A DNA stretch of 64,000 bases from Minisyncoccota bacterium (GCA_018062765.1 JAGORR010000001.1:356930-420929), one strand, 5' to 3'. Positions 1-9,783 are shown, numbered from the stretch's first letter. A program made the numbers and translations. The notes: generated by a model not told the origin, from the sequence alone.

Positions 1-44
1 TCCGTGCTAAATATACCGCCTGATTCCGATAGGTACATAGAGAA

Positions 45-75
45 GGCCTCGGTCGTCCGAAGACGAGCCGAGGCC
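45..75. other. strong GC stem-loop in unassigned non-coding region
   Basis: GGCCTCGGTCGTC / CGAA loop / GACGAGCCGAGGCC (one bulged G), read directly. Region 187-572 has no ORF >=60 aa in any frame. Confidence 0.5.
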
Positions 76-396
76 CCGAAGTCTCTGCTATGTTTTCCCT
101 TTGCCGCGCGAAACTCACGCGCGACTCACAACAACTTAGATTGCGCTTTCGAGCCCAGCCTATGGTTCTCGTATGCGAGTTCCTAGCGTCTGGGTGAATC
201 GTCAGCCACCTCCTTTCTAGTTTGGGATCAGGCGATCAGATCATGGCGCCGGCCGATTTCTAACGGACGGACAAGCTGCGGTGCCAGGTCATGGTGACCT
301 CCCTTTTGGTGGAACACATCGTGGGGCGTCGCGCCCCGAGAACAGCCGAGACCTGTGCGTTGGGACGTATCCCGCCGCGCGTCTGGCGGTAGGAAG

Positions 397-424
397 ACTA
401 TACACGAAGCCTAAAAAATGTCAA
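397..424 (-). promoter_or_regulatory. sigma70-like promoter firing leftwards (TTGACA-16 nt-TATAGT)
   Basis: Minus-strand reading is cTTGACAttttttaggcttcgtgTATAGTc, with -35 at 419-424 and -10 at 397-402. Confidence 0.45.
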
Positions 425-783
425 GCACCCAAGAACGTGTCGAAATAACACGCCGCCGGCAAGCCTTTCCCAAGAACGCAGGGAAGTGCTCGCCGACGGC
501 GCTGGCTGAAATCAAATCAGCCTGGAAGGCGGTCGGTGCCGCGGGTCACTATTCGAGCGTACGTCGCTCTCGGTGATCGCGGTAGGCGGCATTCGTCGGA
601 AGCCCTGTCCCGAAGAAAGCCATCCCATCCAAAGATCTAGCCATATCGCCCTCGATGTTGCTATCGAAACGCAGGTCCCAGAGAAGGAGCTCAGGTCACT
701 CGGTACTCGTCAGATGCTCTCGTCTGGTCCTGCAGTCGTATCTACGCACGTAGAGGGAGCGTATGCAAGCTGCTGCTGTGTAC

Positions 784-817
784 GAAAAAGATAGGGCCCT
801 GCACTGAGGCAGGGCCC
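784..817 (-). terminator. intrinsic-terminator-like hairpin in minus orientation with no obvious gene
   Basis: On the minus strand, GGGCCCTGC-ctcagt-GCAGGGCCC is followed by tatCTTTTT. The only minus ORF upstream (710..1063) overlaps the plus-strand hydrolase gene and looks spurious. Confidence 0.4.
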
Positions 818-914
818 GGAGTTGGCTGCGCCGATACTAAGGGGTTCGGGCTGGGTGGCGCAGCTATAGGAAGCTATCACCAGGCCTTCATTTTTGCTAT
901 ACTTCCTATACACA

Positions 915-1556
915 ATGGTCATTACGCACCACGGCGGGCAGTGCTTCAAGGTCACGTTCGGGGACCTGACGCTTGCCTTCGACCCCATCTCAAAGTCAGG
1001 TACGCTGCCGCCGGTCAAATTCGGTGCGGATCTCGCGATCATCTCCCGCAACCACCCTGACATGAATGGCGCCGCGGAGGTGACCTATGGCGAGCGCGAA
1101 CCGTTTTTGATAAACGGTCCCGGCGAGTACGAACGCGCCGGAGTCGCGGTGCGCGGCTTTTTGACCAAGAGCCAGTACGGGCTTCCGAAGGGTCAGGCGG
1201 ATGCGATAAACACGATGTATTCGGTCGAGCTCGAGGATATGAATCTCGTCTTTCTAGGAGCGCTCTCCTCCACCGAGCTTCCTGCTGAGGCGCGCGAGGC
1301 GATAGATGAGATCGACATCCTATTCGTGCCGGTCGGCGGCGATGGGGTGTTGACGCCGGTCGAGGCGAACAAGCTCGCGGTCTCCCTAGAGCCCCACATC
1401 ATCATTCCTATGCACTGGAGCGGGATGGGAGAAACTAAGGCGCTCGATGCCTTCCTCAAGGAAGAGGGTGGAGAAGCTGAGAAGGTCGAGAAGCTCACCG
1501 TGCGCAAGAAGGACGTCGCCGGAAAGGACGGTGCTATCATCGTCATAACCCCGTAG
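915..1556 (+). CDS. metallo-beta-lactamase-fold hydrolase (UPF0173-like)
   Basis: ORF track 894..1556, with the start moved to ATG 915 (MVITHHGGQCFKV...). Length and pattern (DILFVPVGGDG, IIIPMHW) fit small MBL-fold hydrolases. Function is inferred from family resemblance only. Confidence 0.6.
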   Translation: MVITHHGGQCFKVTFGDLTLAFDPISKSGTLPPVKFGADLAIISRNHPDMNGAAEVTYGEREPFLINGPGEYERAGVAVRGFLTKSQYGLPKGQADAINTMYSVELEDMNLVFLGALSSTELPAEAREAIDEIDILFVPVGGDGVLTPVEANKLAVSLEPHIIIPMHWSGMGETKALDAFLKEEGGEAEKVEKLTVRKKDVAGKDGAIIVITP

Positions 1557-1558
1557 GT

Positions 1559-1879
1559 ATGAAGGAATACCTGGACTCACTTAGAAAGAAGCCGAAGGCG
1601 GTGCGCGAGCGCATCGCGATAGGCGCGTCGCTCGGCACTTCCGGCGTCATCGCCTTGGGCTGGCTTATGGTCATGATTTTCGTAACACCCTATGGGGGTG
1701 CTCCCGCTCCGTCCGAGGAGTTCAATGCATCTCTTTCTGAAACGCGCTCTTCTTTTACGGACGTGCTTGCTGGCGCGGGCGCTGCAGGCGCGACGACGAC
1801 GCGCGCAAGCGGCGTCGAGATCGTCGACACGACGCCGAATAAGCCCGCGGACGCGACGCCGTCCGCTATCGCGTTCTAG
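1559..1879 (+). CDS. hypothetical small membrane protein
   Basis: 106-aa ORF starting 3 nt after the previous stop. One TM helix (GVIALGWLMVMIFV). No family recognised. Confidence 0.5.
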   Translation: MKEYLDSLRKKPKAVRERIAIGASLGTSGVIALGWLMVMIFVTPYGGAPAPSEEFNASLSETRSSFTDVLAGAGAAGATTTRASGVEIVDTTPNKPADATPSAIAF

Positions 1880-1888
1880 ATCCTGACT

Positions 1889-4360
1889 ATGGCAAAAGCT
1901 AAGGAGCCTGAAGCAGGAGGGGAAGCCGCGCCGGTACAGCGCGTCATACAGCAGTCGATTACGGGCGAGATGCGCACGTCGTATCTCGACTACGCGATGT
2001 CCGTCATTACCTCGCGCGCCCTGCCTGATGTGCGTGATGGCCTCAAGCCGGTGCATCGCCGCATCCTCTTTACGATGCGCGAAGCAGGCCTCACGCCGTC
2101 CGCAAAGTTCCGTAAGTCAGCGACGGTGGTCGGAGACGTGCTCGGTAAGTATCACCCTCATGGCGACGTCGCCGTCTACGACTCCATGGCTAAGATGGCG
2201 CAGGATTTCTCATACCGGTATCCGCTTGTCATGGGTCAGGGAAACTTCGGATCCATCGATGGCGATTCTCCTGCTGCCTACCGTTATACGGAGGCGAAGA
2301 TGTCGCGCCTTTCCGACGAGCTTCTCGCAGACCTCGAGAAGGACACGGTGACCTGGGGCGCCAACTACGACAACACCCGACAGGAACCGAAGGTGCTTCC
2401 GGCGGCGCTCCCGAATCTTCTTTTGAACGGAACGTTGGGCATCGCTGTTGGTATGGCGACCAACATCCCGCCGCATAACCTGAAGGAGGTGGTAGATGCG
2501 ACCGTGCACCTTATCGATGAGCCGGAGGCGACAACCGATGACCTCCTGGGAATCGTGAAGGGTCCTGACTTCCCTTTGGGCGGCATCGCATTCAATCAGG
2601 CAGACATCAAGCACGCGTACGCTAACGGCAAGGGCGGCGTTGTCGTGCGCGGCGAGGCAGAGATTGTCGAGGACAAGAAGGGAAGCCACATCGTGATCAC
2701 TTCTATTCCGTATCGCGTTAACAAGGCAGAACTCATCACGCGCATCGCGGAGTTGGTGCAGGAGAAGAAGCTCGAGGGCGTCCGCGACCTTCGCGATGAG
2801 TCAGCGGCAGACATTCGCGTCGTTGTCGAGCTTAAGGGCACTGCACACCCGCAGGCGGTATTAAACGCTCTCTATAAGCACACGGAATTGGAGTCCACCT
2901 TCCACTACAACATGCTGGCGCTCGTCGACGGTGTGCCGCAGACGCTGTCCTTGAAGGGTATGCTCGAGCACTTCATCGAGCACCGCAGGGAGGTGGTGAA
3001 GCGTCGCACGGAGTACGACCTCCGGAAGGCCGAGGAGCGCGAGCATATCCTCTTGGGACTCTCGAAAGCGCTCGATCATATCGACGAGGTCATCGCCATA
3101 ATCAAGAAATCAGCGGACGTTGCTGCGGCTTCCTTGGCGCTCCAGAAGAAGTTCGCGTTCTCGCAGATACAGGCGGCAGCGATTCTCGAGATGCGCCTTT
3201 CGAAGCTTGCAGGCCTCGAGCGCAAGAAGATTGAGGATGAGCTTGCGGAGGTCCAGGCGCTCATCAAGAAGCTCAAAGAGATTCTCTCCTCCGCGAAGAA
3301 GATTCTCGCGGTGGTGAAGGCCGAGCTCGTCGCTATCGGCGAGAAGTACGGAGATGATCGCCGTACGAAGATCGTGAAGGGCGGAGTGAAGAACATCTCG
3401 GTCGAGGACATGGTTCCCGACGAGGAGAGCGTCTTGGTCATCACCGCAGGCGGCTATGTGAAGCGCACTAACCCATCAGAGTACAAGGCGCAGAAGCGCG
3501 GTGGCGTTGGTGTTATCGATATGTCTACCAAAGAAGAGGATGTGGTGACCCACTTCCTTTCTACTTCGGCGCACTCCGACCTTCTCTTCTTCACGAATCT
3601 CGGCAAGGCGTACCAGACCAAGATGTACGACATCCCAGAAGGAAGGCGCGCAACGAAGGGGAAGTCCATCATGAACTTCCTGCCTTTTGCAGCCGAGGAG
3701 AAGGCGACATCAGTGCTTGCGGTTCCAAAGGGCGCCGAGCGGGATGCCTTGTCTGTGTTCTTCGTGACCGAGCAGGGCGTCGTGAAGAAAGTTGCTGCCA
3801 AGTCATTCGCTGACGTGCGCAAGTCCGGCATCATCGCGATAAACCTCAAGGGCGGAGATAAGCTCGTCTCCGCGCACTTGGCCTCCGAGGGGGATACCAT
3901 TTCCATAGTGACCGCGAAGGGGCAATCGATACGGTTTGCGGCAGACGACGTGCGCGAGATGGGGCGCACGGCGGCGGGTGTGCGCGGCATGTCTGTGAAG
4001 AAGGGAGACTCGGTAGTTTCCGCAGAAGTCATTCCAGCTGCGGACGAGAAGCACGCAGCGCTCCTCGTCGTCATGGCCAAAGGGTATGGCAAACACACAT
4101 CTATCGATGAGTACAAAATTCAGGGACGCGGTGGATCGGGTATTAAGACCGCAGAGGTGACCGGCAAGACTGGTGAGATTATCGGCGCGAAGGTTCTCAC
4201 GGGTGAATTTAAGGAGGATGAAATCGTCGTCATCTCGAAGAAAGGCCAGGTCATCCGCACGAAGGTGGGGGAGATTTCGAGCCTTGGACGCGCGACGCAG
4301 GGGGTACGCATTATGAAGTTGCGAGAGGGAGATGCCATCGCCTCCATGGTGGCGTTGTAA
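1889..4360 (+). CDS. gyrA: DNA gyrase subunit A
   Basis: 823 aa. Hallmarks are [41 protein letters not shown] (catalytic Tyr region) and C-terminal beta-pinwheel repeats. Confidence 0.97.
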   Translation: MAKAKEPEAGGEAAPVQRVIQQSITGEMRTSYLDYAMSVITSRALPDVRDGLKPVHRRILFTMREAGLTPSAKFRKSATVVGDVLGKYHPHGDVAVYDSMAKMAQDFSYRYPLVMGQGNFGSIDGDSPAAYRYTEAKMSRLSDELLADLEKDTVTWGANYDNTRQEPKVLPAALPNLLLNGTLGIAVGMATNIPPHNLKEVVDATVHLIDEPEATTDDLLGIVKGPDFPLGGIAFNQADIKHAYANGKGGVVVRGEAEIVEDKKGSHIVITSIPYRVNKAELITRIAELVQEKKLEGVRDLRDESAADIRVVVELKGTAHPQAVLNALYKHTELESTFHYNMLALVDGVPQTLSLKGMLEHFIEHRREVVKRRTEYDLRKAEEREHILLGLSKALDHIDEVIAIIKKSADVAAASLALQKKFAFSQIQAAAILEMRLSKLAGLERKKIEDELAEVQALIKKLKEILSSAKKILAVVKAELVAIGEKYGDDRRTKIVKGGVKNISVEDMVPDEESVLVITAGGYVKRTNPSEYKAQKRGGVGVIDMSTKEEDVVTHFLSTSAHSDLLFFTNLGKAYQTKMYDIPEGRRATKGKSIMNFLPFAAEEKATSVLAVPKGAERDALSVFFVTEQGVVKKVAAKSFADVRKSGIIAINLKGGDKLVSAHLASEGDTISIVTAKGQSIRFAADDVREMGRTAAGVRGMSVKKGDSVVSAEVIPAADEKHAALLVVMAKGYGKHTSIDEYKIQGRGGSGIKTAEVTGKTGEIIGAKVLTGEFKEDEIVVISKKGQVIRTKVGEISSLGRATQGVRIMKLREGDAIASMVAL

Positions 4361-4581
4361 ACCGCGGATAAGGGTCATCTGCGTCGTTTCTCATTCCGGT
4401 GCTCGCTCACCGTATTTCAATACGGCTCGCTTCGCTCCTCATTCGTGCCTCGCATCTGAACCCTTCTTCACGGTTTATTGAGTGACTTAGTATCTGCTTC
4501 CAATTTTCGCCAAAATTCCTGTGGCGTTGCGCTTTATAGGTGTCGGGCTACACTCGAGAACGGAAAGAAAGGAGGGCCCCA

Positions 4582-5238
4582 ATGGACCTCGATGCACTTA
4601 AGGAACGTTTCTTCAGGCTCTGGCATTTCTCAGACGCCAAGCAGGTCATCTGGAACGATGTGATCGCTCGTTATGGTGAGAAGCATCGCTTCTACCACAC
4701 GCTCGAACATATCGGCCACTGTCTCACGGAGTTCGATATCGCCCGCAAGTATCTCACGCTTCCGCGCGCGACCGACTGGGCGGCTATCGAGCACGCGCTC
4801 TGGTTCCACGACATCGTCTACAGCACGACGTCGTCCGGTAACGAGGAGAAGAGCGCGGAGTACGCCTATCGCGAGCTTCGCGGCATGGACATGCCGGTGC
4901 TGTTCTGTGATCAGGTGAAGCGGCTCATTCTCGTGACGAAGCTGCATCTGCCGCAGGCTCCCGACGAAGAGGTGATGTGCGACATCGACCTCGCCATCCT
5001 CGGGCAGCCTCGGCTGCGTTTCTCGCAGTACGAGGAATACATCAAGTTCGAATACGGAGTCGAGCCGCACGTTTTTTCCGCCGGCCGCGCGAAATTCCTC
5101 GTCGGTATGCTGAAGCGGCGACCCATCTTCTCGACGAGCCTCTTCCAACATGCGTACGAGCTCCATGCGCGCGCGAACATGGCTCTCTCCCTGCATCAGT
5201 GCGAGATAGATGTCGACATGCATGAGAATGCCGCCTGA
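4582..5238 (+). CDS. HD-domain metal-dependent phosphohydrolase-like protein
   Basis: ORF track 4540..5238. ATG 4582 is preceded by AAAGGAGGG. FYHTLEHIGH ... LWFHDIVY gives the H...HD pattern. Confidence 0.6.
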   Translation: MDLDALKERFFRLWHFSDAKQVIWNDVIARYGEKHRFYHTLEHIGHCLTEFDIARKYLTLPRATDWAAIEHALWFHDIVYSTTSSGNEEKSAEYAYRELRGMDMPVLFCDQVKRLILVTKLHLPQAPDEEVMCDIDLAILGQPRLRFSQYEEYIKFEYGVEPHVFSAGRAKFLVGMLKRRPIFSTSLFQHAYELHARANMALSLHQCEIDVDMHENAA

Positions 5239-5260
5239 CAACGAGTGTGACGACTGTAAG

Positions 5261-5284
5261 CGGGACGCTTAGGCGTCCCGTTTT
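5261..5284. terminator. bidirectional intrinsic terminator between convergent genes
   Basis: CGGGACGC-ttag-GCGTCCCG followed by TTTT. It lies between the stop at 5238 (+) and the stop at 5285 (-). Confidence 0.65.
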
Positions 5285-5935
5285 CTATTTGCTACGGAGC
5301 GCAAGCAAGGAGAGGATGCCGGAGAACGCACCAGCGGACAGTAGTCCGTGCCACAGGAAGTGAGTGCCCATTGTTATGTACTCGCATGCCCACAAATCGA
5401 TAGACCGGAACAGGAGCGCGGATAGGGCGAGCACGAGTGCAAGGATGCCAAGGAGAGCGGCGCGTCCGGATACTCGATAGCTCCTCCACGTGAGTAAAAG
5501 CCCAAGGAGGACAACCGGAATTGCGACGCCTGCGAAAAAAGGTAGTTCAGGGAAGGTGGCATCGACCAGGAGTGCCGAGAGGTATTGGAGCGCGAGAAAT
5601 GCGACAAACATGAGGCCGGCGCCGAGCCATCCGTAGAACGTGCGAGCCCAAAAATATACGAAGAACAGTAGGAATAGAAGTCCTGGTGTCGTGTCGAAGG
5701 CAAGTGCCCACGGGGTGCGCAGTCCGTGCCATAGTAGGCTCCCAACGCCGTTCGTGACTAAGAGAATGCCAAGTACCCAGAGATCGTACGCGCGCGGTGC
5801 GCGGCGGTACACAAGGTAGAGTGCGAGGAGTCCGAACGCGACAATGATGAGGTTGGACCATGTATTCCATGTTTCCGCAGGGAACGCGGTTAACACATCT
5901 GGCGTCTCACAATACTGCGGACCGAAAGGGTACAT
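5285..5935 (-). CDS. polytopic membrane protein (about 7 TM, ceramidase/hemolysin-III-like topology)
   Basis: 216-aa ORF of consecutive hydrophobic helices (WNTWSNLIIVAFGLLALY...HFLWHGL). The family call is tentative. Confidence 0.6.
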   Translation of the reverse strand: MYPFGPQYCETPDVLTAFPAETWNTWSNLIIVAFGLLALYLVYRRAPRAYDLWVLGILLVTNGVGSLLWHGLRTPWALAFDTTPGLLFLLFFVYFWARTFYGWLGAGLMFVAFLALQYLSALLVDATFPELPFFAGVAIPVVLLGLLLTWRSYRVSGRAALLGILALVLALSALLFRSIDLWACEYITMGTHFLWHGLLSAGAFSGILSLLALRSK

Positions 5936-5986
5936 GCGCCTAGTTTAGCAAATCGCTATTCCTCGACCTCCTTGCTCTCTCCTAGT

Positions 5987-6026
5987 TTGCTCCATCTCGG
6001 TGCCTATAGGCACCGAGATGGAGCAA
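5987..6026. repeat. perfect 40-nt palindrome, copy 1 (TTGCTCCATCTCGGTGCCTA|TAGGCACCGAGATGGAGCAA)
   Basis: Read directly. A second copy at 62402-62441 differs only by a compensatory T..A to C..G pair. Confidence 0.9.
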
Positions 6027-6175
6027 AGAAGTTCACGGCATATCACGTTGTTACATGTACTAGCTCGCGTTTGCGCGCAAAAGCTCGCGCGCACCCAATA
6101 GTACTCACATCCTGTTCCTACTCTCCCCAAAAACCGACGACCCAAGGCAGATGCGTGCTATTTTTATACATATAT

Positions 6176-6712
6176 ATGTCATTCGCGGACCCGCGAGAGA
6201 ATGTTCTGCAGATAGGCCTTCATGACGGCATGAAGGTGGGAGACTTGGGCGCTGGATCGGGTCACTACGCGCTTGCTGCAGCTGGCGCCGTCGGAGACAC
6301 CGGTCGCGTGTACGCGATCGATGTCCAGGAGGAAGTCGTCATGCATATAAGGGACGCGGCACATCGCGCAGGGCTCAAGAATGTCGAGACGATATGGGGA
6401 GACTTCGAACGCCCTGGCGGCACCAAGCTTAAGGACGGAGTCCTCGATGCTGCCATACTCTCGAATGTCATGTTCCAGGTGGAGCATCATACGAGCGCGA
6501 TCTCGGAGGTGAAGCGCATCGTGCATCCTGGCGGAAAGGTGCTTGTCATCGACTGGGCGGGTTCCTACGGGCACTTGGGGCCTCATCCGGACCAGGTCGT
6601 TCCTGAGTCAGAAGCAGAGCGATTGTTTATACAGGCAGGATTCCACAAGGCGAAGAGTTTTCGCGCAGGTCCCCATCACTACGGTATCCTGTTTACGACA
6701 CCCGCCTCATGA
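6176..6712 (+). CDS. class I SAM-dependent methyltransferase
   Basis: ORF track 5972..6712 is over-extended, so the start is taken at ATG 6176 (MSFADPRENV). SAM motif I is VGDLGAGSGHYALAAAG. Confidence 0.8.
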   Translation: MSFADPRENVLQIGLHDGMKVGDLGAGSGHYALAAAGAVGDTGRVYAIDVQEEVVMHIRDAAHRAGLKNVETIWGDFERPGGTKLKDGVLDAAILSNVMFQVEHHTSAISEVKRIVHPGGKVLVIDWAGSYGHLGPHPDQVVPESEAERLFIQAGFHKAKSFRAGPHHYGILFTTPAS

Positions 6713-8007
6713 TGCCGAACCTGAACATTCGTCCGTTCCAACTCATCGTGATCTCCGTCTTCGGAGTACTGGCGCTCGTAGGTGTGTTCGTGTTCGCCAC
6801 CTACGAGCGCAACGCAACAGGAAGCACGAGTGCGGGCAAAGTAGTTATCTGGGGCATTATCCCCGAGCGCGAGATGCAGGGGGCGATGGAGGAGCTGACG
6901 CGAAACAGCGACTATCGCAACGTGTCGTATCTGTACGTGCGGCCCGAAGCATTCGCTTCAGAGCTTGCGAACGCGCTTGCTGAGGGTAATGGCCCCGATC
7001 TGGTACTTATCTCCCAAGAGGAGCTCGCAAGCCAAGAGTCGAAGCTCTCGCTCATCTCTTTCAAGTCCGTTCCGGAAAGGACGTATCGTGATATGTACGC
7101 CACCATATTCGAGATATTCCTTACGAATGAGGGCACATACGGATTCCCGCTCGCGCTCGACCCTATGGTCATGTATTACAATCGACAAACGCTCGCGAAC
7201 GCAGGCATCGCGACGCCGCCCACAACCTGGGCCGGGATACGCGGTCTCGTGGACACGCTTACGAGCCGGCAAGGGGATACTGTCGCGAAGTCGGCAATAC
7301 CCTTCGGGAGCTACGGGAACGTGGATAATGCGCGCGGAATTATCTCGACCCTGTTCTTGCAGGCAGGCTCGCGTCTCTCCGAGCGAGGCACGAGCGGCAT
7401 ACGCGCCACATTCACTAGCGACGCGGGTGGAGGAAGCCCGGTCCAATCCGCTCTTCTCTTTTATGCAGAGTTCGCTGACCCGGTGAAGCCGTTTTATACT
7501 TGGAACAGCGCGCGCGAATCGTCCCGACAAGCGTTTCTTTCTGGAACCTTGGCGTTCTACCCGGGCTACGCGTCGGAGGCGCGTTCCCTAGCCGCAGCAA
7601 ACCCTAATCTCGACTTTGATATGGCGCGCATGCCGCAGCCGGAGGCAGGCGGCACTAAGGCGGTGTACGCGAAAGCATACGCGCTCGCGATAACCAAGGT
7701 ATCGCGCAATTACCACGGGGCATTCTCTGCAGCGCTCGGGCTTACGGAGGCCCGCATAATGTCGCTTGCTGCGCAGAGTGCCGGTCTAGCACCTGCCATG
7801 CGCACCCTGATAGCGAAGCCGCCCGCGGACCTCTACTCACCGGTCTTCTATCCGGATGCGCTCATTGCGCGCGGTTGGCTCTCCCCAGCGCCCTCCGTCA
7901 CGGACGGCATCTTCGCTGGTATGATGCAGAACGTGACTTCAGGACGCTTTACTATCGCGCAAGCAATCAAGTATGCGTCAGATTCCATCGACGCGTCGTT
8001 AAGGTAA
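6709..8007 (+). CDS. membrane-anchored extracellular solute-binding protein (ABC-type, sugar-like family)
   Basis: 432 aa. ATGA overlap with the upstream stop. N-terminal TM anchor. Size and pattern fit periplasmic binding protein family 1. No permease or ATPase gene is adjacent. Confidence 0.6.
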   Translation: MMPNLNIRPFQLIVISVFGVLALVGVFVFATYERNATGSTSAGKVVIWGIIPEREMQGAMEELTRNSDYRNVSYLYVRPEAFASELANALAEGNGPDLVLISQEELASQESKLSLISFKSVPERTYRDMYATIFEIFLTNEGTYGFPLALDPMVMYYNRQTLANAGIATPPTTWAGIRGLVDTLTSRQGDTVAKSAIPFGSYGNVDNARGIISTLFLQAGSRLSERGTSGIRATFTSDAGGGSPVQSALLFYAEFADPVKPFYTWNSARESSRQAFLSGTLAFYPGYASEARSLAAANPNLDFDMARMPQPEAGGTKAVYAKAYALAITKVSRNYHGAFSAALGLTEARIMSLAAQSAGLAPAMRTLIAKPPADLYSPVFYPDALIARGWLSPAPSVTDGIFAGMMQNVTSGRFTIAQAIKYASDSIDASLR

Positions 8008-8011
8008 GGCA

Positions 8012-8464
8012 ATGAAACGCACAGCCATCTTCGTTTCTGCACTCTTGCTGACTCTTTCAGCGATGTCCGCCCCAGTGTACGCGCAGGACATGAATCTTGG
8101 GGGTGGAGCGACCGGTAACGCTAGTACCAATCTCGGCGGAGGTCCGTCAGGTAACGGTACCAATCTGGGGGGAGGCTCTCAGGGGTGCGGATTCCTTTTG
8201 AATCCACTCGACAACGAGTGCAATAGCGACATGACGCTCAATGATCTCCTTAGCAAAATATTGAACGTCATCGTCCAGATAGGTGTAGTCGTGCTCACTA
8301 TGATGCTCGTCTACGTTGGTTTTCTCTTTGTCACTGCCCAAGGGAACCCGGAAAATCTTTCCAAGGCCCGGAGCGCACTCATATGGACGATAATCGGCGG
8401 CTTCCTCGTGCTTGGCGCGAGCGTCATTGCAGAGGCGGTTAAGTCGACGGTTGAAGCGCTCTGA
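8012..8464 (+). CDS. VirB2/TrbC-like two-helix pilin paralogue 1 (signal peptide, NLGGG x3 repeats)
   Basis: Signal peptide ...APVYA/QD. C-terminal TM1-loop-TM2 module VVLTMMLVYVGFLFVTAQGNPENLSKARSALIWTIIGGFLVLGASVI. Confidence 0.7.
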   Translation: MKRTAIFVSALLLTLSAMSAPVYAQDMNLGGGATGNASTNLGGGPSGNGTNLGGGSQGCGFLLNPLDNECNSDMTLNDLLSKILNVIVQIGVVVLTMMLVYVGFLFVTAQGNPENLSKARSALIWTIIGGFLVLGASVIAEAVKSTVEAL

Positions 8465-8465
8465 T

Positions 8466-8738
8466 ATGGACGGCGAGGAGGTTATCGTCGTGGGACAGAA
8501 AGGCACCTTCGCCTCGATGGTGTACAAGTTCACCGGCTTCATTGACTCCAGTATTATCCCGTTATTGTTTGCGGCCGCATTCCTCGCGATGCTGGTGGGC
8601 ATATTTCGCTATTTCATGATTCCGGGCGAGGAGAATTTGCAGAAGGGTCGCCAGTTTTTGCTGTGGGGCGGTATCGCTTTTGTGTTCATGTTCCTTATCT
8701 GGGGGCTCGTAAACCTACTCCTCGATTCGGTATTCTAG
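8466..8738 (+). CDS. VirB2/TrbC-like pilin paralogue 2 (no signal peptide)
   Basis: ORF track 8412..8738, with the start at ATG 8466. Module is FLAMLVGIFRYFMIPGEENLQKGRQFLLWGGIAFVFMFLIWGLVNLLL. Confidence 0.65.
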   Translation: MDGEEVIVVGQKGTFASMVYKFTGFIDSSIIPLLFAAAFLAMLVGIFRYFMIPGEENLQKGRQFLLWGGIAFVFMFLIWGLVNLLLDSVF

Positions 8739-8786
8739 CTGTTTATAAGTACACATAGCCTGGCTCAGTACTGATACGCTAAACGT

Positions 8787-9215
8787 ATGAAAAAGACATT
8801 CTCCGCCCTATTGTTTTCACTAGCGCTCATGTTCACACTTACACCGTCCATTGCCTTTGCGCAGGGCCAGCAGCAGCCGCAACCTGATCAGCAGGGCACG
8901 GGTGAGTCACAGCCGAGCGAGCTCGAGCTTCGTATCGGATGGCTTCTCGACTTCGTCGATGGGTACGTCATTCCGCTCATATTCGGACTCGCATTCGTCG
9001 TATTCATCTGGTTCGTGTTCGTGTACTTCATCCTTGGCGGAGCTGAGGAAGAGCAGCGCGCTAAAGGAAAGCAGTTCCTGTTGTGGAGTCTTATTGGGTT
9101 CGTACTCATGCTCTCCTTGTGGGGTATCGTGAACCTGCTTCAGAACACCATAGGATTCGATAATAACTCCAAGCCGTGTCTGCCGGTGTTCGAACAGGAC
9201 AACGAAGACTGCTAA
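8787..9215 (+). CDS. VirB2/TrbC-like pilin paralogue 3
   Basis: Signal peptide ...SIAFA/QG. Module is FVVFIWFVFVYFILGGAEEEQRAKGKQFLLWSLIGFVLMLSLWGIVNLLQ. Confidence 0.7.
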   Translation: MKKTFSALLFSLALMFTLTPSIAFAQGQQQPQPDQQGTGESQPSELELRIGWLLDFVDGYVIPLIFGLAFVVFIWFVFVYFILGGAEEEQRAKGKQFLLWSLIGFVLMLSLWGIVNLLQNTIGFDNNSKPCLPVFEQDNEDC

Positions 9216-9299
9216 TGCGGTTGTCCCCACAGTGCACCCCATACGATTGACTTCGCGCCAAAGCCGCTTACCCTTAGTACATATCCGCTTACCACTGCT

Positions 9300-9689
9300 A
9301 TGAAGAAAATTCTCTTGCTCGTCGCTCTGTTCACCATCCCGGCCATTGCGTTCGCGCAGTTTGGCGAAGGCGGTAATAATCAGGACCTTGGCGATCTCGG
9401 TCAGGAGTTCACTGACATCATCAATAACATCGCGGTTCCGCTTATCTTCGCGCTCGCGTTCGTCATCTTTATTTGGGGAGTATTCAAGTACTTCATTCTT
9501 GGTGGCGGAGACGAGGAGGCTCGCGAGAAAGGTCGCGACCTCATGATTTGGGGACTTCTGGGATTCTTCTTCATGATTTCAGTCTGGGGACTCGTGAATC
9601 TCGTCGTGAACACCATCGACCTGGAGCAAAGCGGAGCACCGGACGAAAATGACTTGCCGGACGCTCCGGGAGTCAGGGACTCGAACTAA
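9300..9689 (+). CDS. VirB2/TrbC-like pilin paralogue 4
   Basis: Signal peptide ...AIAFA/QF. Module is FVIFIWGVFKYFILGGGDEEAREKGRDLMIWGLLGFFFMISVWGLVNLVV. Confidence 0.7.
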   Translation: MKKILLLVALFTIPAIAFAQFGEGGNNQDLGDLGQEFTDIINNIAVPLIFALAFVIFIWGVFKYFILGGGDEEAREKGRDLMIWGLLGFFFMISVWGLVNLVVNTIDLEQSGAPDENDLPDAPGVRDSN

Positions 9690-9704
9690 CTCATAGTGTA
9701 GGCG

Positions 9705-9729
9705 AAAAGACCCGCTCGGCGGGTCTTTT
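9705..9729 (+). terminator. intrinsic terminator
   Basis: aaaaGACCCGC-tcg-GCGGGTC-TTTT. Confidence 0.7.
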
Positions 9730-9783
9730 GCTATCCCCGATTAGTACGTGCCATAGATGAGTGCGGATATATACTGAACAGTA

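Noticed and set aside
207-228. CAGCCACCTCCTTTCTAG on the plus strand resembles the 3' end of 16S rRNA (CACCTCCTT).
   Set aside because: None of the conserved 16S sequence that should precede it is present (for example GTCGTAACAAGGTA, or GGCTGGATCACCTCC in context). On the other strand it simply reads as a Shine-Dalgarno-like AAAGGAGGTG.
270-340. GGTGCCAGGT and GAGAACAGCCGAG, reminiscent of RNase P RNA segments.
   Set aside because: The universal GAGGAAAGTCCGG and ACAGAACCCGGCTTA-type blocks are absent on both strands. The match is too short to mean anything.
4361-4480. Imperfect inverted repeat (GGGTCATCTGCG ... CGCATCTGAACCC) and direct repeat CTCATTC downstream of gyrA.
   Set aside because: The pairing is interrupted and I saw no second copy. 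It is most simply a weak terminator or spacer structure, and the evidence is not enough for a feature.
5945-6145. Minus-strand ORFs 5945..6145 and 62372..62608 share the peptide (C)SI.VPIGT.MEQ.
   Set aside because: The shared 13 residues are just the translation of the 40-nt palindrome. There is no similarity outside it, no RBS, and the composition is odd.
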